Assembly (NCBI GenBank): GCA_024637225.1
Contig: JAGXFP010000061.1
Coordinates: 1,217-65,216, forward strand
DNA: 64,000 nt
DNA from: Desulfobacterales bacterium
GTDB lineage: Bacteria; Desulfobacterota; Desulfobulbia; Desulfobulbales; JAGXFP01
Direction of reading: 5' to 3'
In this document: one piece after another, positions 1 through 9,543 of the stretch
Layout: every line of letters begins with the position of its first letter
Numbering within the stretch: the stretch's first letter is position 1
The notes under the pieces: generated by a model
Seen by the model: the letters and a program-made list of their open reading frames with translations, nothing else
What the model was told of the DNA's origin: nothing
Database searches by the model: none
Position numbers and translations under genes: made by a program

Positions 1-1
1 G

Positions 2-1198
2 GCCCTGCGCATCCCGCTCGGCCGAAAGGATCTTGAGATAGCGGAAAGCGGCAGGAGCGGCATTCTCTGCGTCGACCGGCAAAGGGACCATCCCTGGTCG
101 GACCGGGAGCGGCGGGTGCTCAGGCTGACCGCCGGAAAATTAGGCCTGGAAATCAGCGGCTGCCGACAGCTCCTCAACATGGACCGGGAACGCGCCGCCA
201 TCCATCGCCTCTGTCACGGCCTCCGTGAACTGAACAGCGATCCCAATCTCGACTCGATCTTCGCCTCGTCAATCAAGGCGGTCAAGGCCCAGATCCCCGC
301 CGATCTCCTGGCCCTCTGCCTGAAAGAGGATGACGGTTATCAAGTCGTCATGGCCGAGGGCCGGGGAGTCGAAAAAGTGCTTAACCGCAAGTTCACGTTG
401 GAAGAAGGCCTGGTCGGCCAGGTCATTAAAACCGCGAGAACCCTGCCGGCTAACGGGCGCTACCGGGGCACGGCTCCCGTATTCGCCAGGGAGTGGAGTT
501 TCGACACCGACTATCGGTCCCTGCTGGTTATCCCCCTGCCGGACGAAGACAATATTCCCATCGGCTGCCTGGTGGCGGCCTCGGCATCCGCCGGGATTTT
601 CACGTTAAACCGGCGGGAAATCCTGGAGATAATTGCGGCCCAGATCGCGATCAAGGTGAAACTCGGGCAGGCCCATGAACAACTATCCCTCCTGGCCACC
701 ACCGACGGCTTGACCGGACTGGCCAACCACCGGGCCTTTCAGCACGGTTGCGGCGTCATGCTTGAGCGGGCCCGGAGAAATAAGACCCCTCTTTGTCTGA
801 TCCTGGGCGACCTGGATCATTTCAAGAATATCAACGACCGCTTCGGCCACCCCTTCGGCGACAAGGTCTTAAAGAAAGTAGCCGCGGTGATTGCGGATTC
901 AGGGCGGGAGGTTGATCTTGCCGCCCGCTACGGCGGCGAGGAGTTCGCCCTGGTCCTCGAAAACTGCGACCTCAAAGGCGGTCTGCTCATGTCGGAAAGG
1001 GTCAGGGACAAGATCTCCCGTCTCAACCTGTTCAACGGCGACAAACAGGTCTCGCTGACCATTTCCTTGGGCATCGCGGTTTTTCCGGAAAACTGCGGCG
1101 ACCAGTCCGGCTTGATCGAATTAGCCGACCAGGCCCTCTACCGTGCCAAGAGGGCGGGACGGAACCGAACCATCGTCTGGACCGAAACGGACGACTGA
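2..1198 (+). CDS. GAF-domain diguanylate cyclase (GGDEF); 5' end probably outside the window
   Basis: ORF 116..1198. The same frame stays open upstream to position 2, where ...ILCVDRQRDHPWSDRERRVLRLTAGKLGLEI reads like the end of a preceding GAF domain. RYGGEEF active site, with an RxxD I-site (REVD) five residues upstream. Confidence 0.85.
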   Translation, partial: ALRIPLGRKDLEIAESGRSGILCVDRQRDHPWSDRERRVLRLTAGKLGLEISGCRQLLNMDRERAAIHRLCHGLRELNSDPNLDSIFASSIKAVKAQIPADLLALCLKEDDGYQVVMAEGRGVEKVLNRKFTLEEGLVGQVIKTARTLPANGRYRGTAPVFAREWSFDTDYRSLLVIPLPDEDNIPIGCLVAASASAGIFTLNRREILEIIAAQIAIKVKLGQAHEQLSLLATTDGLTGLANHRAFQHGCGVMLERARRNKTPLCLILGDLDHFKNINDRFGHPFGDKVLKKVAAVIADSGREVDLAARYGGEEFALVLENCDLKGGLLMSERVRDKISRLNLFNGDKQVSLTISLGIAVFPENCGDQSGLIELADQALYRAKRAGRNRTIVWTETDD

Positions 1199-1234
1199 AT
1201 GCCGAAATAACAAAGATTAATTACGGAGCCGATT

Positions 1235-3013
1235 TTGGCCTTATTGTTGAACAGCGCCCAACTCCGGAAGGCCCGCGAAGCCTTCCGGGTGCTCACCCCC
1301 CTGTTCCGGAAATACCGGACCCGGATTCTCCTCGGATTTCTGGGCCTCTTGGGCGTGGACCTTCTCCAGCTCTTGATTCCCAGGGTGATCAAGAGCGCGG
1401 TCGACAGTTTACAGTACGCCGAGGCCACCGGCGCCGGTCTGTTTCGCCACGGCGCCCTGATCGTCGCCTTCGCCGCCGGCATCGCCGTCTGCCGTTTCGT
1501 CTGGCGCTATCTGATCCTCGGATTCTCCAGGATGCTGGAGCGCGATCTGCGCAACCGGTTACTGTCAAAACTGGTCACTCTGGACCGCCCCTTCTTCAAC
1601 CGCCGCCCGGCCGGGGAAATCATGGCCCTCGCCAGCAACGATCTCACCGCCGTCCAGATGGCCTGCGGCATCGGCCTGGTCTCCTTTGTCGATGCCGTCA
1701 TGATGACCGCCGCCGCCATAATGTTCATGGCCTATATCGATCCGCGCCTTACCCTGCTCGCCCTGGCGCCGATGCCGATCCTCGCCCTGCTCACCGGCCT
1801 GCTTACCGCCCTGCTCCATAAAAGGTTCAGCCGGGTCCAGGAGCAGTTTTCCCGGCTCACCGAATTCAGCCGCTCAACCCTGGGGGCGATCCGCCTGATC
1901 AAGGCCTACAACCAGGAAGCGCGCCAGACCGGCTATTTCGACAAAATGGGCCGGGAATACGTCAATAACAACCTGCGGCTCGCCGTGGTCCAGGGCGCCC
2001 TCTTTCCCTTTTCGACGATGATCGCCAATTTCAGCCTGCTGCTGGTCGTCTATTTCGGAGGGAGGCTGACCATTGCCGGCACCATCACGATCGGCGATTT
2101 CGTCGCCTTCATGAGCTATCTTTTTCTGATGACCTGGCCGATGATGGCGATCGGCTGGGTGACCACCCTGTTCCAGCGCGGGATCACCTCCCTGGACCGG
2201 ATCAACCGGGTTCTGGTCGAAGAACCGGTGATCCGGGAACCGTCCGCGCCCCTGCCGATGCCGGATTCCAACCAGCTCCTTACCCTCCGCGACCTCACCT
2301 TCGGACACCTCCCGGCCTCGCCGCCGGTCTTAAACGGGATCAACCTGGAGATAAAACCGGGCTTTACGGGGATCGTCGGCAAGACCGGGGCCGGCAAGAC
2401 CACCCTCTGTCAACTCCTGGCCCGGATCTATCCGGTCGGTGACCACCAGTACTTCTGGGGTGATACCGACGTCAATCGTTTGAGTTTGGGCGAGGTGCGG
2501 AGCCGGATCGCCTATGTTCCCCAAGACACCCTGCTGTTTTCCGACACCATCGGGGCCAATATCTGCTTTAGCCGTCCCGAAGCCGATCAGGGGGAGATCG
2601 AAAAAGCGGCCCGCCTGGCCGCGATTCACGACGAGATCAGCAGCCTCGACAAAGGCTACCAGACCAGGGTAGGTGAAAGGGGGGTGCTCCTCTCCGGCGG
2701 CCAGCGGCAGCGAATCGCCCTAGCCCGGGCCCTGCTCACCGACCGGCCGGTGATCATCATCGACGACGGCCTGTCGGCGGTGGATACCGACACCGAGCAT
2801 CGGATCATCGCCAATTTCAGAAAATGGCTGCCCGGCCGGACCTGCGTCATGGTGTCGCACCGGGTGGCCCCGATCCTGGAAGCCGATGAAATCGTGGTCC
2901 TGGCCAACGGCGCCATTGCCGCCCGCGGCACCCACCAAGAGCTTCTGGAGCGCAGCCGCTTTTACCGGACCATCCACGATCACCAGAGATCAAACACCGG
3001 GACGGGGAACTGA
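1235..3013 (+). CDS. ABC exporter, fused permease/ATPase (MdlA/MsbA-like half transporter)
   Basis: 592 aa. N-terminal six-helix TMD. Walker A GKTGAGKTT, signature LSGGQRQR, Walker B VIIIDDGLS. Confidence 0.9.
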   Translation: MALLLNSAQLRKAREAFRVLTPLFRKYRTRILLGFLGLLGVDLLQLLIPRVIKSAVDSLQYAEATGAGLFRHGALIVAFAAGIAVCRFVWRYLILGFSRMLERDLRNRLLSKLVTLDRPFFNRRPAGEIMALASNDLTAVQMACGIGLVSFVDAVMMTAAAIMFMAYIDPRLTLLALAPMPILALLTGLLTALLHKRFSRVQEQFSRLTEFSRSTLGAIRLIKAYNQEARQTGYFDKMGREYVNNNLRLAVVQGALFPFSTMIANFSLLLVVYFGGRLTIAGTITIGDFVAFMSYLFLMTWPMMAIGWVTTLFQRGITSLDRINRVLVEEPVIREPSAPLPMPDSNQLLTLRDLTFGHLPASPPVLNGINLEIKPGFTGIVGKTGAGKTTLCQLLARIYPVGDHQYFWGDTDVNRLSLGEVRSRIAYVPQDTLLFSDTIGANICFSRPEADQGEIEKAARLAAIHDEISSLDKGYQTRVGERGVLLSGGQRQRIALARALLTDRPVIIIDDGLSAVDTDTEHRIIANFRKWLPGRTCVMVSHRVAPILEADEIVVLANGAIAARGTHQELLERSRFYRTIHDHQRSNTGTGN

Positions 3014-4806
3014 TGCATTACGGCTACGGATATTTCGAAGAGGAGCGGTTGAAGAAATCAAGCGACCTGAAGCTCTGGCACCGGATCATGATCTATGTCG
3101 CGCCCAGGTGGCTCGAGGTGGCCGGGGCGATCGTCCTGTCGCTGGTCATTACCGGTTGCAGCCTGGCCCTGCCCCACCTGATCCGCCGCGCCATCGACGA
3201 TTTTATTGTCAACAGCGAACTGGACACCGTCGCCCGCCTGGCCGGGGTATCCGATCTGGCCCTGATCTTCCTGATTCTCCTGGTCACTGGATTCGCGGCC
3301 AACTTTTTACAGGTCATCGTCCTCGAGTGGACCGGTCAGCAGATCATGCATCGCATGCGCCAGGATCTGTTCAGCCACATGCTCTCCCTGGAAACCGCCT
3401 TCTTCAACCGCAACCCGGTGGGCAAGCTGGTGACCAGATTGACCAATGATATCCAGAACATGCATGAAATGTTCACCTCGGTTATCGTCACCCTGTTTAA
3501 CGATATGGTCAGGATTGCCGGCATCCTGGTGATCCTCTGCCTGATGAACTGGCGGCTGGCCCTGATCATGATGCTTCTGATCCCGGTAATCATCTTCAAC
3601 ACCGTGCTGTTCAGCCGTCTGGCCCGTCTGGCCTTCCGGGAGATCCGCACCCAGCTGGCCCGGATCAACGCCTTCCTGCAGGAATCCCTTTCCGGGATCA
3701 GCATCATCCAGCTCTTCGCCCGGGAAGAAGATACCCGCAGCCGGTTCGGCGAACTCAACGAAACTTTCCTGCAGAGGTGCTTTTACCAGATCAAGATCTT
3801 CGCTCTCTTCATGCCGATGCTGGAACTGCTCAGCGCCGTGGCCGTCGCCCTGATCATCTGGTACGGCGGCGGCCAGATCATCCGGGAGAGGATGAGCATG
3901 GGAGAGCTGGTCGCTTTCCTCACCTACATGCGCCTTTTCTTTCAGCCCCTGCGCGACCTCTCCCAGAAATATTCCATCGTCCAGTCCTCGCTGGCCTCGG
4001 CGGAACGGATCTTCCAGCTCCTCGACACCGACAGGAACCTGCCCACCGCCGCCGCGCCGAAAAAGGCGGCGGTGATCAGGGGCGGGATTGAATTCGAGGG
4101 GGTGACCTTCGGCTATGAAAAAGCCCAGCCGGTGGTTAAAGAGTTGACCTTCCGGGCCGAACCCGGCGAAACCGTGGCCATCGTCGGGTCCACCGGGGCC
4201 GGCAAGACCACGATCATCAATCTCCTGGAGCGCTTCTACGATCCGGACCGGGGCCGGATCCTACTCGACGGCATCGACCTGAAAGAGCTCGCCCCCGAAG
4301 ATCTGCGCCAGCAGATCGGCCTGGTCATGCAGGAGGTCTATATCTTCCCGGCCACCTTCAGGGAAAATATCGTCATGGACCAGACCCTCTCCCCAAAAAG
4401 GCTCGATGAAATCATCGAAGCCGCCCAGCTCACCGATTTTATCCGGAGCCTGCCGCGGGGGCTTTTGACCATGATCGGCGAAGGCGGCCAGGATCTCTCC
4501 GCCGGCCAGCGCCAGCTCCTGGCCCTGGCCCGGGTCCTGAGCCGCGATCCGCGCATTCTGGTGCTGGACGAGGCGACCTCCAGCGTCGATACCGAAACCG
4601 AGATGCTGATCGAAAAAGCCCTGGCCGCCACCATGGCCAACCGAACCAGCATCATCATCGCCCACCGCCTTTCCACGATCAGACGGGCCGACCGGATCGT
4701 CGTCATGGAGCGGGGTAGAATCGTCGAGGAGGGGGACCATGAGTCGCTGATGGCGAAGGGCGGCATCTATCACCACTTGCAACTCTTGCAGAACGGCGAA
4801 AGTTGA
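3013..4806 (+). CDS. ABC exporter, fused permease/ATPase (MdlB-like partner)
   Basis: 597 aa. Walker A GSTGAGKTT, signature LSAGQRQL, Walker B ILVLDEATS. The ATG overlaps the upstream TGA (TGATG), implying a heterodimer pair. Confidence 0.9.
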   Translation: MHYGYGYFEEERLKKSSDLKLWHRIMIYVAPRWLEVAGAIVLSLVITGCSLALPHLIRRAIDDFIVNSELDTVARLAGVSDLALIFLILLVTGFAANFLQVIVLEWTGQQIMHRMRQDLFSHMLSLETAFFNRNPVGKLVTRLTNDIQNMHEMFTSVIVTLFNDMVRIAGILVILCLMNWRLALIMMLLIPVIIFNTVLFSRLARLAFREIRTQLARINAFLQESLSGISIIQLFAREEDTRSRFGELNETFLQRCFYQIKIFALFMPMLELLSAVAVALIIWYGGGQIIRERMSMGELVAFLTYMRLFFQPLRDLSQKYSIVQSSLASAERIFQLLDTDRNLPTAAAPKKAAVIRGGIEFEGVTFGYEKAQPVVKELTFRAEPGETVAIVGSTGAGKTTIINLLERFYDPDRGRILLDGIDLKELAPEDLRQQIGLVMQEVYIFPATFRENIVMDQTLSPKRLDEIIEAAQLTDFIRSLPRGLLTMIGEGGQDLSAGQRQLLALARVLSRDPRILVLDEATSSVDTETEMLIEKALAATMANRTSIIIAHRLSTIRRADRIVVMERGRIVEEGDHESLMAKGGIYHHLQLLQNGES

Positions 4807-4822
4807 TCGTTTTTCAAAAATA

Positions 4823-4852
4823 TTGACCAGCTGGACAAAATTCGGCTAATGT
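4823..4852 (+). promoter_or_regulatory. Candidate sigma70-type promoter for the cytochrome/CcsA genes
   Basis: TTGACC (4823-4828), 18-nt spacer, TAATGT (4847-4852). Lies about 30 nt upstream of the GGAGAAAG RBS and GTG start at 4881. Confidence 0.35.
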
Positions 4853-4880
4853 CTCATAAACATGAACAAGGAGAAAGAAC

Positions 4881-5417
4881 GTGGCAAAACGGTGGCTTTT
4901 GATTTTCCTGGCGATAATCACTTTACCGGCCGCCCTGCAGGCCGGCATGAACATGGGCGGCATGGTCTTCGAGGTCAAGATCCAGACGAAAAATGTCGGG
5001 ACGGTTACTTTTGACCATACCAAGCACGGGGCTGACTGCGGCGGCTGCCATCCGAAAATTTTCATAAAGAAGAATAACAGCAACCACACCACCATGAAGG
5101 CCATGGAAAAGGGCCGTTCGTGCGGGGCCTGCCACAACGGCAAAAAGGCGTTCACCGTTGCCGAAAACTGCACGACCTGCCATGCCGGCGATATCGTCTA
5201 CAGAAATCCGGACGCCGGTGACATAACCTTCCCGCACGCCGCCCATATCGAGATGTTCGGCTGCGAAGAGTGCCATCCCGACCTGTTCAAACCGAGGAGC
5301 GGCGCCAACAGGGCGACCATGGCGGAGATGGAGAACGGCGCTTCCTGCGGCGCCTGCCACGACGGCTCAACGGCCTTCAACGTCGCCGAGGATTGCGATT
5401 CGTGCCATGCCATGTGA
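4881..5417 (+). CDS. Periplasmic hexaheme c-type cytochrome (c7/c3-type internal duplication)
   Basis: Signal peptide MAKRWLLIFLAIITLPAALQA. Six CXXCH motifs (CGGCH, CGACH, CTTCH, CEECH, CGACH, CDSCH) arranged as two similar halves. Confidence 0.9.
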   Translation: MAKRWLLIFLAIITLPAALQAGMNMGGMVFEVKIQTKNVGTVTFDHTKHGADCGGCHPKIFIKKNNSNHTTMKAMEKGRSCGACHNGKKAFTVAENCTTCHAGDIVYRNPDAGDITFPHAAHIEMFGCEECHPDLFKPRSGANRATMAEMENGASCGACHDGSTAFNVAEDCDSCHAM

Positions 5418-5437
5418 TCCCTAGTCAGCTGACTTAA

Positions 5438-5469
5438 GGGCGGCGGCGCAATCCGCCGCCCGATTTTTA
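5438..5469 (+). terminator. Rho-independent terminator
   Basis: GGGCGGCGG-cgcaat-CCGCCGCCC perfect 9-bp stem followed by GATTTTTA, 20 nt after the cytochrome stop. Confidence 0.7.
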
Positions 5470-5555
5470 CCGGGCGCCGGGCAACGATCTTGCCGCGAAT
5501 TTCCTCCCGAAAAGCCGCCCCGAACAGATAATTCACCCGAACCGAACAGGGCGCC

Positions 5556-6587
5556 ATGCCGGAATTTTTCGATCTGCACCTCTTTCAAAGCCTCGGCCGG
5601 CCGGTGATGCTTGCCATCCTGGCGGCCTCGGCACTCCTCGGCCTGCACGGATTAATCAATCTGGCCAGGCCCGAACCCTGGCGGCAGAGGGAGGCCTGGT
5701 TCGGTCTGGCGGCGGTCAACCTCCTGTTTATCGCGGGCTTCCTGTTGATCTGCTGGCTCCATCTGCGGATCTATCTGGAATTGCCCCTGGAACTCCCGGC
5801 GCGGCTGGCCGACTGGCTCAACCAACAGCTGGCCGCCGCCAACCGCGGCGCCGCTTACGGAATGCCTTTATACGACCAGGACGCTCCACCCCGCTATGTG
5901 ATCCCCCTGTGGATCGAAAACGAAAAATACTACTTCTGGTTCATGTGCTACGCCCTGATGGCGCTTACCGCCTGGCGGCGCCTTGACAACCACCGCTTCC
6001 GGGCAGCCCTGTTGCTCGTCCTGGCCGTCCAGAATATCATCCTGTTCGCGGCCGTAAACCCCTTTAGCGAAACCCTGCCCCGCTTTTTCGCGGAGATCGC
6101 CCCGTGGTTCAGCGGCGATGCCGCGCCCATGGCCAGGATCGGCCTGTTCATGCAGCTCTATCCAAAGATGATCTTCTACTACAACGCCCACTACATGTGG
6201 CTCCATCCACCGATGCTTTTTGTCGCCTACGCCTGCATCACCCTGACCTTCATCACCTCGCTGTTCATGCTGGTCCGCCGCCAGCTGGAAATCGAGACCC
6301 TGGGCTACGACTACGCCAAGCTCGGCTATCTGATGCTGACCCTGGGGATGCTGCTCGGCTACCCTTGGGCGCTTAAGGCCTGGGGGCCGAACTGGTGGTG
6401 GGACCCGAAGATCTGCAGCTCGATCATGATGTGGGCGATCTACTCCACCTACCTCCACACCCGGCTCTACGCCAATAAAGCGGCGATGTGGTATTTCTCT
6501 TCGCTCCTCGGCATCCTGTGCTTCGCGGCGATGATCTTCACCTTCCTGGCCTCGTTCTTCTTTCCGGGCGAGCACACCTTTCAATAG
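5556..6587 (+). CDS. ccsA: Cytochrome c assembly protein, CcsA/ResC family (heme-handling membrane protein)
   Basis: 343 aa polytopic membrane protein with the Trp-rich WGPNWWWDPK motif and downstream conserved His (YLHTR). Confidence 0.8.
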   Translation: MPEFFDLHLFQSLGRPVMLAILAASALLGLHGLINLARPEPWRQREAWFGLAAVNLLFIAGFLLICWLHLRIYLELPLELPARLADWLNQQLAAANRGAAYGMPLYDQDAPPRYVIPLWIENEKYYFWFMCYALMALTAWRRLDNHRFRAALLLVLAVQNIILFAAVNPFSETLPRFFAEIAPWFSGDAAPMARIGLFMQLYPKMIFYYNAHYMWLHPPMLFVAYACITLTFITSLFMLVRRQLEIETLGYDYAKLGYLMLTLGMLLGYPWALKAWGPNWWWDPKICSSIMMWAIYSTYLHTRLYANKAAMWYFSSLLGILCFAAMIFTFLASFFFPGEHTFQ

Positions 6588-6602
6588 GAGACAGGAGACG
6601 AG

Positions 6603-7247
6603 ATGCAGAAAAAAGCCTCCTACGACTTCTACCTGATCCTGGCCACCACCGTGGTCCTGGCTCTGATCTCGGCGATCTGCGTCTGGGGAATGTTCTACTT
6701 CAAGATGGCCCAGATCCACGAGATGACCCCGGCCGTGAAAATCGCCTGGCAGAACCGGATGAACACGGTGATCGCCCCGTTCATCATCGCCCTGATCGTC
6801 CTCTTGGGGATCTGCGTACCCAAGCGGCTGCTGCCCACCGCCTGGCTGAACCGCTTCGCCGTTCTTCTGGTCGCGGCGGCGGGACTGACCAGCTGGCTGG
6901 CCGGAGTCAAAAACGGGCTCCTGGTAATCCTCTGCGCCTCGCTGATCCTGCAATCAGTGATCCTGGTGATGGCGATCTTCGGCAGCGCCCGCCTCAGCTT
7001 CGAGAAAAAGGGCTACTGGGCAAGGGTCGGCTCCTCCCTGATCCACCTCGGCCTGGTCCTGTTCATTCTGGACCTCTTTTTTTACCGCCAACAGACCCTC
7101 CACCTCCTCCTCTTCTGGGTCACCACCGGCGCCTCCGTCCTGGGCATGACCTTCTGCTTCTACGCGGAATCGATTGCCGACCTGGCCAGGCGCAAATGGC
7201 CGATCAGCCTTTCCCGAGGTTCGGCGCCGGGCAGGGAAATGGAGTAA
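6603..7247 (+). CDS. Hypothetical integral membrane protein
   Basis: 214 aa with multiple hydrophobic helices. GC-rich host-like codon usage. Starts 15 nt after ccsA. No recognisable motif. Confidence 0.6.
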   Translation: MQKKASYDFYLILATTVVLALISAICVWGMFYFKMAQIHEMTPAVKIAWQNRMNTVIAPFIIALIVLLGICVPKRLLPTAWLNRFAVLLVAAAGLTSWLAGVKNGLLVILCASLILQSVILVMAIFGSARLSFEKKGYWARVGSSLIHLGLVLFILDLFFYRQQTLHLLLFWVTTGASVLGMTFCFYAESIADLARRKWPISLSRGSAPGREME

Positions 7248-7359
7248 GTAGCAACTGGCTCGGATCTCAGGGAGGCAGATTTGACAAAAAGGGCCTTTTA
7301 ATGGGGGAGTGTCCCTAGTTTTTAAGGTGTCCCTGGAATCCGAGTTATGCCCCGATTAT

Positions 7360-7836
7360 TCATTTCAGGGGGGCGAAAATCAACCAGTTACACGAAAGAA
7401 GCTCAATGTACCATTCGTTTGTCCCAGCGATTATAAAAACTAACGGCTCACAATGATGGTTCTCCAACTTGCCCCATTCTCGCCGATCTATATGTGAAGG
7501 GGTTGGTCTCTTCTCTGGATGAGTGTGCCATTCGCCCAAATAATGCACAGTTCCACCGCTAGAATCCCACTGGGAATCACATATAAGCTGATGACCGGGA
7601 TCCTTGCGCTCAAAACTACAACGCTGACGAACATCAAAAGGCATTGGAGTTGTAACATCAACGATTTCAATATGAGGGCCTCTGCGATAGCCCATCAAAA
7701 TCCCTCCCGCTTCACGAGAGAAGAAACCCTGCTGACGATGGTGCAATATGGTTTCTTGAACGGAAGGACACAACCAAAGTTCCCCTTCTTGAATAGACGG
7801 GGGCCGAATTCTCAAATCTTCGAACAAGTGCAACAC
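7360..7836 (-). CDS. cap3: CBASS Cap3, JAB/JAMM metallopeptidase
   Basis: 158 aa. JAMM motif EWHTHPEKRPTPSHIDRRE (HxH...S..D). Overlaps the cap2 3' end by 25 nt. Confidence 0.85.
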   Translation of the reverse strand: MLHLFEDLRIRPPSIQEGELWLCPSVQETILHHRQQGFFSREAGGILMGYRRGPHIEIVDVTTPMPFDVRQRCSFERKDPGHQLICDSQWDSSGGTVHYLGEWHTHPEKRPTPSHIDRREWGKLENHHCEPLVFIIAGTNEWYIELLSCNWLIFAPLK

Positions 7837-9539
7837 TCCGGTAATCTGTCTGGGTCAGAATCGGTCGTTGAGGAATTGATATGGGGACCATGACCTAAAT
7901 ATATTGTTCGGAATCTTGGGCTCTGGTTACCAGTTCTCCAATCAACTGCCATTTGTGCAGTAAGGGCCGCAGCAGTGGCTGGTGCTGTAGTGGCATAAGG
8001 GCGCATGCTATGACAACCTATCTGGCGTGTTTCAGGCAATTTTTCTAAAATTCGGAACCGTTGCCTTTCAATCTCATTGCCATCCGGCAAATATAAACAG
8101 TCATAACAGGCATGATCACCTCCATCACTAAGAAGCGCTTGAACTACTTCTCCGTTCGCAAGGACCCATGCAAAAATCATAGCTGGAGAACCATTGCCCG
8201 ATTTTATAATCTCTTGATGTCGCTCATTCAGAACAAGTGACAACGCCTCCTCTCCTGTCGCATCTATAAGTAAATCGCAATCAAAAAGGTTGTCTACGTG
8301 GCGTGCATCATTATCCACACCATAGATAGCGGCAGTTGGAAATTGACGATTCAAAAATGTCTCCATTGCTTTCGCTTTATTCTTAAATAGGAAATCGAAA
8401 CCTAGTGTGTGACGCCCAAGATTTTCAGGGACTAATATTTGAGGGTCAATAACACGAAACTCTCCTCCTTCCGCGCCTGCCCCAAGCCTAATTAGTTGTT
8501 GGGCAAGATAACTTCCAATTGCACCGACACCTACTTGATGAACTTTCAGCTTCCCAAGCCCTAACATTGTCGAAAGGTTTCTACGATAAATGAATGATTC
8601 AGTAATATCGTATGCGGAAAAAGTATTTATCTTGGCGCCTGCACCATCACCGGTTCTAAGGTAAGGTGCAAGTTTTGGATAACCACGACGGTGAAATTTT
8701 ATTCTCTTTTTGATTTTTCTAATTCTGTCTGGGACTTGCGTATCAAAACCAAACCATTTTTGGCCGTACCGAAAAACGATAGCTCCCAAAATTGCTTCTT
8801 CAAAATCTCTACTATTGACCACCTGAATAAGACGCTGGAACGCAGATTCATCAACCATTTTTAGCCAAAGCCAAACATCATGCCATGTTTTTGGCGATCC
8901 ATTTTGATTAAGCCAAGGGGCATTACGCAGCGTTATTACCCATGCCGGGAAAGACACATCTGACGACAGTTGTTTTTGGGCAATAGCATTTTTAATTTTT
9001 TGAGTTTCTTCAGGACAGTCAGATAGTAACTTAAGAGTATTACTATTTATGAAAGTGGCATTTGTTTTGTGTATTCCTTGTTCCGGTTGAACCGTCCCAA
9101 GAAGATACAAGCCGTTTTCCGACCAGTAACGAACAAATTCATATCGCGATTCATCTTGGATATATCCAGGGAAAAGCTGCCTTTCAAGTTCATCTGAAGC
9201 AAGCCCAAGACATCTTTTTACATTTTCTACTGGAAAATTACGGTCAAAGACACAAGAACCTTCTGTTAAATAGCATAGCCCACCACGTTGATCAACGTGT
9301 GGGCGAAAGCTTTCTGGCTGATCTAGTAGGTGAATCATTGGATAATCAACAAAGTCCCAATCAGTAATATCAATTCTAATATTAAAATCATTGGATTGGA
9401 TTGTTAATTGACCAACAAATGACGCTAAACAACGAAACCCATGATCATTTTTGGGAGAAGGAGCTTCCATATATCCTTGATTAAGCAGATATAAGGCGAT
9501 AGCTCTATTTGCCGTCCTACGTCTCTCCTCTTGCGCCAA
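7812..9539 (-). CDS. cap2: CBASS Cap2, fused E2-like / E1 (ThiF-type adenylation) protein
   Basis: 575 aa. N-terminal E2-like segment with PHVDQRGGLCYL. Central Rossmann motif VGVGAIGSYLAQQLIRLGAG. C-terminal Cys pairs (CYDC, GCHS). TTG start 4 nt after the CD-NTase stop. Confidence 0.85.
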   Translation of the reverse strand: MAQEERRRTANRAIALYLLNQGYMEAPSPKNDHGFRCLASFVGQLTIQSNDFNIRIDITDWDFVDYPMIHLLDQPESFRPHVDQRGGLCYLTEGSCVFDRNFPVENVKRCLGLASDELERQLFPGYIQDESRYEFVRYWSENGLYLLGTVQPEQGIHKTNATFINSNTLKLLSDCPEETQKIKNAIAQKQLSSDVSFPAWVITLRNAPWLNQNGSPKTWHDVWLWLKMVDESAFQRLIQVVNSRDFEEAILGAIVFRYGQKWFGFDTQVPDRIRKIKKRIKFHRRGYPKLAPYLRTGDGAGAKINTFSAYDITESFIYRRNLSTMLGLGKLKVHQVGVGAIGSYLAQQLIRLGAGAEGGEFRVIDPQILVPENLGRHTLGFDFLFKNKAKAMETFLNRQFPTAAIYGVDNDARHVDNLFDCDLLIDATGEEALSLVLNERHQEIIKSGNGSPAMIFAWVLANGEVVQALLSDGGDHACYDCLYLPDGNEIERQRFRILEKLPETRQIGCHSMRPYATTAPATAAALTAQMAVDWRTGNQSPRFRTIYLGHGPHINSSTTDSDPDRLPECCTCSKI

Positions 9540-9543
9540 TATA

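Noticed and set aside
5868-6953. 361-aa ORF antisense to ccsA. Similar long antisense or alternative-frame ORFs include 27487-29085, 36650-37474, 40056-40939, 45086-46282, 48244-49047, 58603-59649 and 26644-27384.
   Set aside because: Their translations are low-complexity and rich in Arg/Gly/Pro/Asp, typical of stop-poor frames in GC-rich DNA. Each lies opposite or overlapping a gene with clear family motifs.
7248-7360. tRNA gene, integrase or long direct repeats as the island attachment site (also checked at 17580-17875)
   Set aside because: No cloverleaf-compatible sequence or T-loop (GGTTCGAATCC-like) motif is present. No recombinase ORF is present. Only short inverted motifs are seen.
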